IMG/VR virus record: IMGVR_UViG_3300021963_000022
DNA from: a virus
Taxonomy: Duplodnaviria; Caudoviricetes
Strand: one strand, 5' to 3'
Length of the DNA: 64,000 nucleotides
Below, piece by piece: positions 47,547 to 55,213 of this stretch; the first letter of the stretch is position 1, and every line of letters begins with the position of its first letter. The translations under genes and the position numbers were made by a program. The notes under the pieces are model-generated. The model saw only the letters and a list, made by a program, of their open reading frames with translations. It did no database searches and was not told the origin of the DNA.

Positions 47547-48626
47547 TTACTTTTTGATATTAGGATTGTCTACTACATTCCCGTTAACATCAACAAGAAT
47601 AACATCTTTAGTACCCTTCTTACCGATAGCACGATTCAATACAGATGCCATTGGTCTGATACCTCGAATACCCAAAGCCTTACTTAAACGACCTTTGTTA
47701 TTACGTAATAACCAAACCATCATGTGACTTGTAGGGATATCTTCTTTACGAGTAATAACAGCATGACATTCAATACTAATGTTGTTCTCCACCTGATGAT
47801 AATGTTTAGGCTCAAAGTCTTGGATAACAATGCCACCATGAGGATTAATGTCACTACCAAAAATAGCACTCATTGCTTCTTCTTCAGTAGGTTCAATAAC
47901 AATCTCTTTACTTAGGAAATAACTTTTACCGTCAGGTTGTAATATAAGTTTAACTACTTTATCTTTTACTAATTTATCAATTATTTCACGTGCTTTGGCC
48001 CCAAACAATGAATCAGCAGATTCCCATGTTTCAGCACTTAGTTCTTTGATAGATACAGGTAATCTGCTCTTAGAGCTAGCTAATACAATATCTGCTTTCT
48101 TACGTTCAGCAACGTCAGAACCAGTTGGATATACTTGGTCAACGTTCTTAATTGTCATTGTTTTTCCACGTGGGTCTTTAAAAGTAACATTGATTAGTCC
48201 ATACTTCTCAACCATACTTGCTAAGTATGAAGCAATTTCAGCTTCATTGCCTACACCAGCACTCTTTTCACCCTGTTGACCTGCATCTTTAATAATAACT
48301 TGTACAGGGCTACCGTCACCAAAAACGACACCACCTAAGCTACTCTTGGCCGCTGCCGAATACTCTGGACCTGCATCTGGTAAATACTTTTTCAATATAG
48401 CCAAAACATCTTGTAGCAACGATGACCTAAACTCACCCTTTTTAGCACCGTCTGGTATCTGTGTAACTACGCCGATTACATTACCATTAGGTTTTAAGTC
48501 TTCATACCCTGCTTGACGTAATACTTGTTCAACCTGTGCCTTTGTAACGGGCGATGGTTCTTGCGAGTTCACTACTGTCGGGGCTTTTGCTTCAACCAAA
48601 GTGTTTGCAAATTCAATGTATCTCAT
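47547..48626 (-). CDS. Putative virion protein with PD-(D/E)xK restriction-endonuclease-like domain
   Basis: MRYIEF..LVE leader; GNEAE...KADIVL...VSIK. Confidence 0.55.
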   Translation of the reverse strand: MRYIEFANTLVEAKAPTVVNSQEPSPVTKAQVEQVLRQAGYEDLKPNGNVIGVVTQIPDGAKKGEFRSSLLQDVLAILKKYLPDAGPEYSAAAKSSLGGVVFGDGSPVQVIIKDAGQQGEKSAGVGNEAEIASYLASMVEKYGLINVTFKDPRGKTMTIKNVDQVYPTGSDVAERKKADIVLASSKSRLPVSIKELSAETWESADSLFGAKAREIIDKLVKDKVVKLILQPDGKSYFLSKEIVIEPTEEEAMSAIFGSDINPHGGIVIQDFEPKHYHQVENNISIECHAVITRKEDIPTSHMMVWLLRNNKGRLSKALGIRGIRPMASVLNRAIGKKGTKDVILVDVNGNVVDNPNIKK

Positions 48627-48675
48627 ATATAATATCTCAAATAGTTGATGAAGTGCTAATTATAGCACCGATTTA

Positions 48676-48684
48676 GTATTTATC
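48676..48684 (-). promoter_or_regulatory. Late promoter motif GATAAATAC
   Basis: GTATTTATC on the + strand, upstream of 48626. Confidence 0.5.
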
Positions 48685-48708
48685 GCAAATTTTTAATAAA
48701 GGAAAGAT

Positions 48709-49305
48709 ATGAGTTTAGTGCCTATCGTTGTTGAGACTACAAGTAAAGGTGAACGTAGTTACGACATTTATTCACGTTTGATGCGTGACCGTGTAATTTT
48801 GCTTGAAGGCGAAGTACATGACCAAATGGCAAATTTAATTGTTGCCCAACTATTGTTCTTAGAAAGTGAAGATAGTCATAAAGATATTTCAATGTATATC
48901 AATAGTCCAGGTGGTTCAGTTACTGCTGGTATGGCAATCTATGATTGTATGCAATTTGTTAGCCCTGATGTACAAACAATTGTTATGGGTCAAGCCTGTT
49001 CAATGGGTAGTTTGCTTGGTCAAGCAGGAGCTAAAGGTAAGCGTTTTATCCTGCCCAATGCACGACATATGATTCACCAGCCCTCAGGTGGCGCACGTGG
49101 TCAAGCTACTGATATGGAAATTCAGGTTAAAGAGATTTTAGCCATGAAAAAGACATTGACACAAATCTATGTAGACCATAATAGTGCAGGAAAATCGTTT
49201 GAGGAGCTTGCAAAAGACATGGAACGTGACTATTTTATGAGTGCAAGTGAGGCCGTAGCATATGGCCTAGCTGATAAAGTGTTGCAAAAACGCAACATGT
49301 CCTAA
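48709..49305 (+). CDS. clpP: ATP-dependent Clp protease proteolytic subunit
   Basis: YDIYSRL, YINSPGG, ACSMG (catalytic Ser), MIHQP (His), MERD (Asp). Confidence 0.96.
   Translation: MSLVPIVVETTSKGERSYDIYSRLMRDRVILLEGEVHDQMANLIVAQLLFLESEDSHKDISMYINSPGGSVTAGMAIYDCMQFVSPDVQTIVMGQACSMGSLLGQAGAKGKRFILPNARHMIHQPSGGARGQATDMEIQVKEILAMKKTLTQIYVDHNSAGKSFEELAKDMERDYFMSASEAVAYGLADKVLQKRNMS
49280..49297 (+). promoter_or_regulatory. Inverted-repeat operator candidate, copy 2
   Basis: TGTTGCAAAAACGCAACA. Confidence 0.55.
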
Positions 49306-49307
49306 AT

Positions 49308-49351
49308 TTGACAATAAATGGGTTTGGGTATACAATAGAATCTTAGACAGT
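49308..49351 (+). promoter_or_regulatory. 44-bp early promoter cassette, copy 4
   Basis: TTGACAATAAAT-N11-TACAATAGAATCTTAGACAGT. Confidence 0.9.
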
Positions 49352-49368
49352 TAAATAAAGGACAGTAA

Positions 49369-49635
49369 ATGACTAAGAAAATTTCTATCAAAGTATTTGG
49401 TGACCCAGGACACGCTTGGGCACGTTTCCCCAAAGCTAAGTTGGTTAGTCTTGGTATTGCCGACAAGATTACTCCCTACAGCTATCAAAATGGTACTAAT
49501 GCTTTCCTTGAGGAAGACTGTGACCTGTCAACATTGTTGGCGGCTCTTAAAGCCAAGGGTTATGAAATAAAATTCAACGAAAGCTTTACCAATAAACAAA
49601 GCAAAATCCGTGGTTATTGCTCATACAGAATTTGA
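49369..49635 (+). CDS. Early hypothetical protein (DPGHAW motif)
   Basis: GDPGHAW...FLEEDCD; stop lies inside the next -35. Confidence 0.7.
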   Translation: MTKKISIKVFGDPGHAWARFPKAKLVSLGIADKITPYSYQNGTNAFLEEDCDLSTLLAALKAKGYEIKFNESFTNKQSKIRGYCSYRI

Positions 49636-49675
49636 CAATAAATGGTTTTGGGTCTATAATAGAGTCTTATTCAGT
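49632..49675 (+). promoter_or_regulatory. 44-bp early promoter cassette, copy 5
   Basis: TTGACAATAAAT-N11-TATAATAGAGTCTTATTCAGT. Confidence 0.88.
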
Positions 49676-49690
49676 CAAAAGGAGTTAGCA

Positions 49691-49978
49691 ATGGGTTTAC
49701 GATACGATACACTGGGCGAAATGATTACTCTAAATGAGCAAGAAAAACGTCAAGTCCGCATGTATGGCGTTACCGAAGCAGGTATGCGTCAGGCTGTAGA
49801 ACAAAGTATTACTTTTCGTCATTCTGGTCCTGCTATGATGGCCGCTAGTCTCATGTCCGATGCACAGGAAATGATTAATACCGAGTACGGTGACATTGAC
49901 TATATGCGAGCCGAAGACGCCCGGCAAGCCCTGAACCGTGCAAAATGGATACTTTTTGAGTATTGCGACAAACGTTAA
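49691..49978 (+). CDS. Early hypothetical protein
   Basis: Start refined to ATG 49691 after AGGAG. Confidence 0.65.
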   Translation: MGLRYDTLGEMITLNEQEKRQVRMYGVTEAGMRQAVEQSITFRHSGPAMMAASLMSDAQEMINTEYGDIDYMRAEDARQALNRAKWILFEYCDKR

Positions 49979-49981
49979 AAT

Positions 49982-50025
49982 TTGACAATAAATGATTTTG
50001 GGTATATAATAGAATCTTAAACAGT
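49982..50025 (+). promoter_or_regulatory. 44-bp early promoter cassette, copy 6
   Basis: TTGACAATAAAT-N11-TATAATAGAATCTTAAACAGT. Confidence 0.9.
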
Positions 50026-50041
50026 CAACTAAAGGACACAA

Positions 50042-50302
50042 ATGAAACAAGTTACAGCAATCAAAGTTATCCAAAAAGATGCAGAATTTTTGGGTATGAG
50101 TTTTATCTCAATGGTTAAGTTTATTGAAACTAACCCATTAGCACAAACCGCTAAGACTTTGGAAGCCTTCAAGGTTCTTAACCCTGGCTTTGTTTTTCCC
50201 AAGAAAACCGTCAAAAACTTGATGACCGGCAAACTTGTTCAAATTGATGCGGATACCCCCAACTGTTGCAACCCCGCTAGCGAGACTTACTGGTCTATGT
50301 AA
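50042..50302 (+). CDS. Early hypothetical protein
   Basis: KNLMTG...TPNCCNPASETYWSM. Confidence 0.7.
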   Translation: MKQVTAIKVIQKDAEFLGMSFISMVKFIETNPLAQTAKTLEAFKVLNPGFVFPKKTVKNLMTGKLVQIDADTPNCCNPASETYWSM

Positions 50303-50303
50303 T

Positions 50304-50347
50304 TTGACAATAAATGGGCATTGTGCTATAATAGAATCTTAGACAGT
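50304..50347 (+). promoter_or_regulatory. 44-bp early promoter cassette, copy 7
   Basis: TTGACAATAAAT-N11-TATAATAGAATCTTAGACAGT. Confidence 0.9.
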
Positions 50348-50364
50348 AAAGAAAAGGACTACAA

Positions 50365-50637
50365 ATGCGTACACCAACTATCATCGACGGATTCAAAAAC
50401 TCACAGAAATTCCGTGTAATTTTTAAGGGTGACGGATCCGAAAACGATATCGGTATGTATATGACCATCAAGCAAATGACCGAGCAATTTGCTACTGTTA
50501 CGGCCCGTACAGTTTGCTGGGAAGCATTGCTGAAATTGTCTTACATGCGTTACATGGAAAAGAAACATGGCGGACTTGTGCCCGTAGGTCTGTGTGCTAC
50601 TATTCGTGGCAAACAGGTTCAAGTTGATTTAGTTTAA
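50365..50637 (+). CDS. Early hypothetical protein
   Basis: Behind cassette 7 with SD. Confidence 0.65.
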   Translation: MRTPTIIDGFKNSQKFRVIFKGDGSENDIGMYMTIKQMTEQFATVTARTVCWEALLKLSYMRYMEKKHGGLVPVGLCATIRGKQVQVDLV

Positions 50638-50645
50638 GGATTTAT

Positions 50646-50849
50646 ATGGCGTATACTGTTTTCAAACACAATAAAGAATTCGGGCCACGTAAAGGTCTCG
50701 AAGGACCCTTTCACTACCCAAATGGTCAAGTGTTGTATTATGACAACAAACAAGGTGAGTATTACGACCCACTGACCGACTTCTACGTACCGGACGAGGA
50801 CGTGGCCCAGCTTCAAAATATGATTTTTGATGCACTACGAAAAGGTTGA
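50646..50849 (+). CDS. Early hypothetical protein
   Basis: GLEGPF..NG.VLYYD...GEYYDP.TD; stop lies inside the next -35. Confidence 0.65.
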   Translation: MAYTVFKHNKEFGPRKGLEGPFHYPNGQVLYYDNKQGEYYDPLTDFYVPDEDVAQLQNMIFDALRKG

Positions 50850-50889
50850 CAATAAATCACTTTGGGTATATAATAGAATCTTAAACAGT
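50846..50889 (+). promoter_or_regulatory. 44-bp early promoter cassette, copy 8
   Basis: TTGACAATAAAT-N11-TATAATAGAATCTTAAACAGT. Confidence 0.9.
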
Positions 50890-50908
50890 TAAATAAAGGA
50901 CTTACAAA

Positions 50909-51406
50909 ATGGCTACTCGTTCTACAATCGCATTAGAATTCGCTGATGGTACTATCGGTCAGGTATATTGTCACTGGGATGGTTACTTGGCTCACAACGG
51001 TAAAATGTTGATGGAGTACTATTCTAATCCCTTTATCTTGCGTGACTTGATTGACCTCGGTGACTTGTCAAGTTTGCGTCCACAAATTGGTACAAAACAT
51101 CCCTTCAGTCACTATGATGTGGAAGACATGACATTGGTTGAATATTCTCATTTGTATAAAGACATGACTACATTCTATGGTCGTGATCGTGGTGAAGTAG
51201 CTTGCGAGGCTCGCTATTACAATGATATCAATGATTATTTTAATAAGTGCGAACATCAGGAATATGACTATATCCTGCGCAACATTGATGGCAAAGCTGT
51301 TTGGTTTGTTTGTGACCACGACGGAGCCTTTGTTACGTTAGAGTCCGCAATTAAAGACGAAGAAGATCGTATTGCACAAGAAGAAACAGACGAGGTAGCT
51401 TATTAA
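50909..51406 (+). CDS. Early phage protein (YCHWDGY family)
   Basis: MATRSTI...VYCHWDGY. Confidence 0.7.
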   Translation: MATRSTIALEFADGTIGQVYCHWDGYLAHNGKMLMEYYSNPFILRDLIDLGDLSSLRPQIGTKHPFSHYDVEDMTLVEYSHLYKDMTTFYGRDRGEVACEARYYNDINDYFNKCEHQEYDYILRNIDGKAVWFVCDHDGAFVTLESAIKDEEDRIAQEETDEVAY

Positions 51407-51407
51407 T

Positions 51408-51737
51408 ATGGAAGCAGTAGTAGAAACAACAGTATGGAATGATAGCAACAATGCTAATCATACTTACTTGCTCGACGGTAGCAAAATGGTTGCATACATC
51501 AAGGTTGGTTCTACTACTCCTGTATATTTTAAAAACCCGATCACAATCGACAAGCGTGGTCGTAAGTTTGTAACAGCTAAACCCAATCCTTTCAAGGCAG
51601 TTAAAGAAAAGAGTACAATTATCAAAGTGACCGGCAGTAAAGGTAATATATATTCTATTGACACCGAAGATAAAACATGCACATGCCCTGGATTTATGTA
51701 TCGTGGTAATTGTAAACATATTATGGAGTTAGTATGA
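51408..51737 (+). CDS. SWIM zinc-finger protein
   Basis: CTCPGFMYRGNCKH. Confidence 0.8.
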   Translation: MEAVVETTVWNDSNNANHTYLLDGSKMVAYIKVGSTTPVYFKNPITIDKRGRKFVTAKPNPFKAVKEKSTIIKVTGSKGNIYSIDTEDKTCTCPGFMYRGNCKHIMELV

Positions 51738-51871
51738 AATACATTATCAATTGGTCACAAAGTTATACATCATGGGTGACACATGCTGAAAAACTTTTAG
51801 AGTTAAGAATTGAACTAAGTGGTCTAAAAGACGCAAAAAAAGTAATTGAGAATATTAAAAAGAATTTATGA
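51734..51871 (+). CDS. Small hypothetical protein (45 aa)
   Basis: ATGA overlaps on both sides. Confidence 0.45.
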   Translation: MKYIINWSQSYTSWVTHAEKLLELRIELSGLKDAKKVIENIKKNL

Positions 51872-52716
51872 AGATAGCATTGTGTAGTGACTTACACTTA
51901 GAATTCGAAGATATCAACCTCATCAATATAGAAAATGCTGAGGTTCTTATCCTTTCAGGTGACATTATGTTAGCGGAAGATTTACATAATCATCCTCCTA
52001 CTGTAGTTAGCCCATACGAATCTTATACTGAATTAGGTACAAGACAAAAAGCCGCACAACGATTCCGTAATTTTCTCAGTAGAGTAAGCAATGAGTTCCC
52101 TCATGTTGTTTATGTTGCAGGTAACCATGAATTCTATCACGGCAGATGGAATCAAAGTTTAGAACATCTACGTACTGAATGTGCCAGATATCCTAACGTT
52201 TACTTTTTGGAACGTGAGATTAAGGTTATCAATGAAGTGTCCTTTATTGGTGCTACACTATGGACTGATTGTAATAAAAGTGACCCATTAACATTACATG
52301 CATTATCCGACATGATGAATGATTACCGTGTCATTCGTAATGATGATTTAAATTACAGTAAATTACGTCCTGCACATACTGTAAAACGTCACCAAGAAAC
52401 ACTAGGTTATTTGAAAGCAGTTCTTCCTGATATTAAATACAATAAGATTGTATTTGTTGGGCATCATGCTCCCAGTGCAATGAGTACCCATGATAGATAT
52501 AAACACAACGTTCATTCTATAATGAATGGTGGTTATCATAGTGAATTGAGTGAGTTCATTTTAAATCATCCTGAGATTGTATTATGGACACACGGTCACA
52601 TGCATGACCCATTTGATTACATGATTGGAACAACAAGAGTGGTTTGTAATCCACGCGGGTATTTAGGGGCTGACCCGCAAGCAGAAGTTTTTAAATTAAA
52701 ATTTATTGATATATGA
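51868..52716 (+). CDS. Calcineurin-like metallophosphoesterase
   Basis: SDLH, SGD, AGNHE, GHH, HGHMH. Confidence 0.92.
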   Translation: MKIALCSDLHLEFEDINLINIENAEVLILSGDIMLAEDLHNHPPTVVSPYESYTELGTRQKAAQRFRNFLSRVSNEFPHVVYVAGNHEFYHGRWNQSLEHLRTECARYPNVYFLEREIKVINEVSFIGATLWTDCNKSDPLTLHALSDMMNDYRVIRNDDLNYSKLRPAHTVKRHQETLGYLKAVLPDIKYNKIVFVGHHAPSAMSTHDRYKHNVHSIMNGGYHSELSEFILNHPEIVLWTHGHMHDPFDYMIGTTRVVCNPRGYLGADPQAEVFKLKFIDI

Positions 52717-53420
52717 ACCATTTATTTGTTATTAGTAGTGCAATTAACACAAAGTTTGGTGTGTTTGATAGTAACCAAAGATTGCTTCAAACTTACCGAA
52801 CCTTTAAGTCGGTGTATGACAGAGTGCCAGGTGCTAGATTAGCAGTGATTGAGTCTAGCGGCTACCCTTTAGACAAGGAAATTGTTGACGCATTACACGG
52901 AGTAGTACATTGCTTAGTCGATATGAGCAAGAGCCCTGAGGTATACAGGATTCATAGCAGTACACCTAATTGGGATATTGTAAAAAACGCATGTGAGATT
53001 ATGTGTTTTAGTGAGGGGTTTAAGCTGATGGATAAAACCGGAGTGCTTGACGGTATTGATAGGATACATAAGTTGTCAGGAAGATACTTATTGACTGATG
53101 ATTTTGACCTATCTGTGTATGAGAAGTATCCAGATAAAATTATCATTACAGAAAAACTTCCCACACCATTTGGGGAACGTGTTAATATTCCACATCAATA
53201 TGTATCTAGATTATGGTCATGGCCTGTTCAACACCATGAACGAATTAAACAGTTTTATTTTGATGCTATCATTGAGTTAAAGGATCGTATTACCAACGGA
53301 AAATATGCTGATATTGAGCACCTTATGTACCTTCTGATTCCTCAGGACCTTATACAAGAGATTCCTGTAATAGGTGTTGAAGGATTGATCGGTGGAAATA
53401 GACGTTATGTTAGAAATTAA
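52713..53420 (+). CDS. Hypothetical protein (KLSGRY motif, possibly glycosyltransferase-related)
   Basis: VISSAI...ESSG...HKLSGRY...IEH. Confidence 0.45.
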   Translation: MNHLFVISSAINTKFGVFDSNQRLLQTYRTFKSVYDRVPGARLAVIESSGYPLDKEIVDALHGVVHCLVDMSKSPEVYRIHSSTPNWDIVKNACEIMCFSEGFKLMDKTGVLDGIDRIHKLSGRYLLTDDFDLSVYEKYPDKIIITEKLPTPFGERVNIPHQYVSRLWSWPVQHHERIKQFYFDAIIELKDRITNGKYADIEHLMYLLIPQDLIQEIPVIGVEGLIGGNRRYVRN

Positions 53421-53443
53421 TGGCTATATTGCTAACAAAAATC

Positions 53444-53495
53444 GGTTACCTAGGTAACCATATATCTTGAGATTTATTCGTAGTAGTGTTATAAT
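53444..53495 (+). promoter_or_regulatory. Perfect 16-bp palindrome next to a sigma70 promoter
   Basis: GGTTACCTAGGTAACC 53444-59; TTGAGA 53467-72, 17 nt, TATAAT 53490-95. Confidence 0.6.
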
Positions 53496-53538
53496 TCATG
53501 TACGTTGTGAAAACAACGAAATATTTAAAAGGAAAAAT

Positions 53539-53781
53539 ATGATGATTACTAAAAGCGAACGCCTAGTACAGGCACTTTCAAAAGGTGAGCAACTCACCGC
53601 AGCCCAAATTAAGTCACGATTTGGTATTGCTAATCCAACTGCTACTGTGAGCGATTTACGCTTGCGTGGTGGATTTGCAGTCTATGCAAACGAGACTAAA
53701 GGTACTGTGAAGTATCGTTTGGGTACTCCTAGTCGTGCAGTGGTTGCTGCCGGCTATCGTGCATTGTCACAAACTGTTTAA
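53539..53781 (+). CDS. Winged-HTH-like DNA-binding protein
   Basis: LTAAQIKSRFGIANPTATVSDLR...KYRLG. Confidence 0.65.
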   Translation: MMITKSERLVQALSKGEQLTAAQIKSRFGIANPTATVSDLRLRGGFAVYANETKGTVKYRLGTPSRAVVAAGYRALSQTV

Positions 53782-53799
53782 TCAACAGTAAAAGGTTTA

Positions 53800-53830
53800 G
53801 CGGGCACCTGAAGCCCGTTCAAAATTTTTA
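53800..53830 (+). terminator. Hairpin after the wHTH gene
   Basis: CGGGC-7 nt-GCCCG; displaced T-run. Confidence 0.4.
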
Positions 53831-53851
53831 ATATCTGTCTAAGGAGTTTCT

Positions 53852-54364
53852 ATGAGTTTGTTTCACAAGATTATGAATAAGTTAGGCAGATACCGCCTTA
53901 TCCCAGATCGTAGAACAGGTGCTGACTATATGCACCGTTATTATCTTTTTCTCAAAGACCGTATTTGTTTCCCCTTTAATGTCACATTACACAAGATTGT
54001 TCGTAGTGATGATCCTATTATGCATGATCATCCCTGGGCTTACATAACTATTATATTGAAAGGTGGTTATTGGGAGCATACACCTGTGTTTAATAATGAT
54101 GGCAAAATTCTTACAGAATTTCAAACATGGCGTGGTCCTGGTAGTATCATTAAACGTAGTGCAGGTGAATATCACTGGCTTGAACTTGATGAAAATGTAG
54201 GTCCTGTAACAACACTATTTTTTATGGGGAAGCAACAACGTGAATGGGGATTTTTAGTACAAACTAAAAAAGGCATACATCGTTGGATTAAACATACGGA
54301 CTATCTAAGTGATTGGAAATCCTATCACGAAAAATATGTAGTAGCTAAGTCAAAGAAAATATAA
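53852..54364 (+). CDS. Cupin-fold protein
   Basis: MHDHPW...ILKGGYWE...YHWL. Confidence 0.7.
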   Translation: MSLFHKIMNKLGRYRLIPDRRTGADYMHRYYLFLKDRICFPFNVTLHKIVRSDDPIMHDHPWAYITIILKGGYWEHTPVFNNDGKILTEFQTWRGPGSIIKRSAGEYHWLELDENVGPVTTLFFMGKQQREWGFLVQTKKGIHRWIKHTDYLSDWKSYHEKYVVAKSKKI

Positions 54365-54594
54365 TGTTCATATCACTAACAAATGCTAACGAAGCACACA
54401 AAGGCAATAAAATTGCAATAAACATTGACCTAATTGCTACTGTTTATAACACGGCCAATCTTGTTAAAAAACAAGATGGTATTATTGAAAACGTTACTTA
54501 CGTATTTTGCCCTCCTCATGGTACATGGGAAGTAGAAGAAACAGTTGAAGAAGTAATTTCAGAATTAAATAACTATCGATGGAATAAAAAATGA
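54364..54594 (+). CDS. Small FlbD-like protein (tentative)
   Basis: MFISLT...IAINIDLIATV...VEETVEEV. Confidence 0.4.
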   Translation: MFISLTNANEAHKGNKIAINIDLIATVYNTANLVKKQDGIIENVTYVFCPPHGTWEVEETVEEVISELNNYRWNKK

Positions 54595-54872
54595 ATGAAG
54601 AAACTAGAGAAGTATTATTGATTCTACAGGAAGAATGTGCGGAAGTAGCTCAAGCTATTAGTAAATGTTTTCGTTTTGGACCCGATCAAATGAAACCAGG
54701 TAAAGATTTTACAAACATAAATATGCTAGAAGAAGAAATTGGAGATCTATTTGCTATGGTAGAGTTGTTAACTGATTTGAACATTGGTGTGACAGTTACG
54801 GGAGTTCAAACAGCTAAGATGAAAAAGTTTGAAAAACTAAAGCAGTGGTCTAATCTGGAGATTAACAAATGA
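54591..54872 (+). CDS. MazG-like nucleotide pyrophosphohydrolase
   Basis: LQEECAEV...LEEEIGDL. Confidence 0.78.
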   Translation: MNEETREVLLILQEECAEVAQAISKCFRFGPDQMKPGKDFTNINMLEEEIGDLFAMVELLTDLNIGVTVTGVQTAKMKKFEKLKQWSNLEINK

Positions 54873-55213
54873 TTGAGATTATAGTGTGTTTGGTTGTAGG
54901 ATATATTATCGGCAATGTGCATACAATCTGGAAGTTACGTAAGATACTAAAAGATGAAAGAATTGATATTTTACCTACTTCTATTGAATTAGAAAAATCA
55001 AAAACTCTAGTACGTAAACTGAATATAGAAGAAATAGATAACATGCTATATCTATACGATAAAGAAACGGATGATTTTATTTGTCAAGCAAATTCTATTG
55101 AAGATTTAGCAAAGTCTTGTAATGAATATAAGAACATTACTGTTGCTACGGTAATACACGACACTAAAATTTTTATCTTTACTAACGGAAAGTATCAAGA
55201 GTATAACGGATGA
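54869..55213 (+). CDS. Hypothetical protein with N-terminal membrane anchor
   Basis: ORF track. Confidence 0.55.
   Translation: MIEIIVCLVVGYIIGNVHTIWKLRKILKDERIDILPTSIELEKSKTLVRKLNIEEIDNMLYLYDKETDDFICQANSIEDLAKSCNEYKNITVATVIHDTKIFIFTNGKYQEYNG

Noticed and set aside
33257-50889. Regularly recurring 44-bp repeat as a CRISPR array
   Set aside because: The intervening segments are 270-500 bp genes with SD and start codons, the repeat is a -35/-10 promoter, and no cas genes are seen
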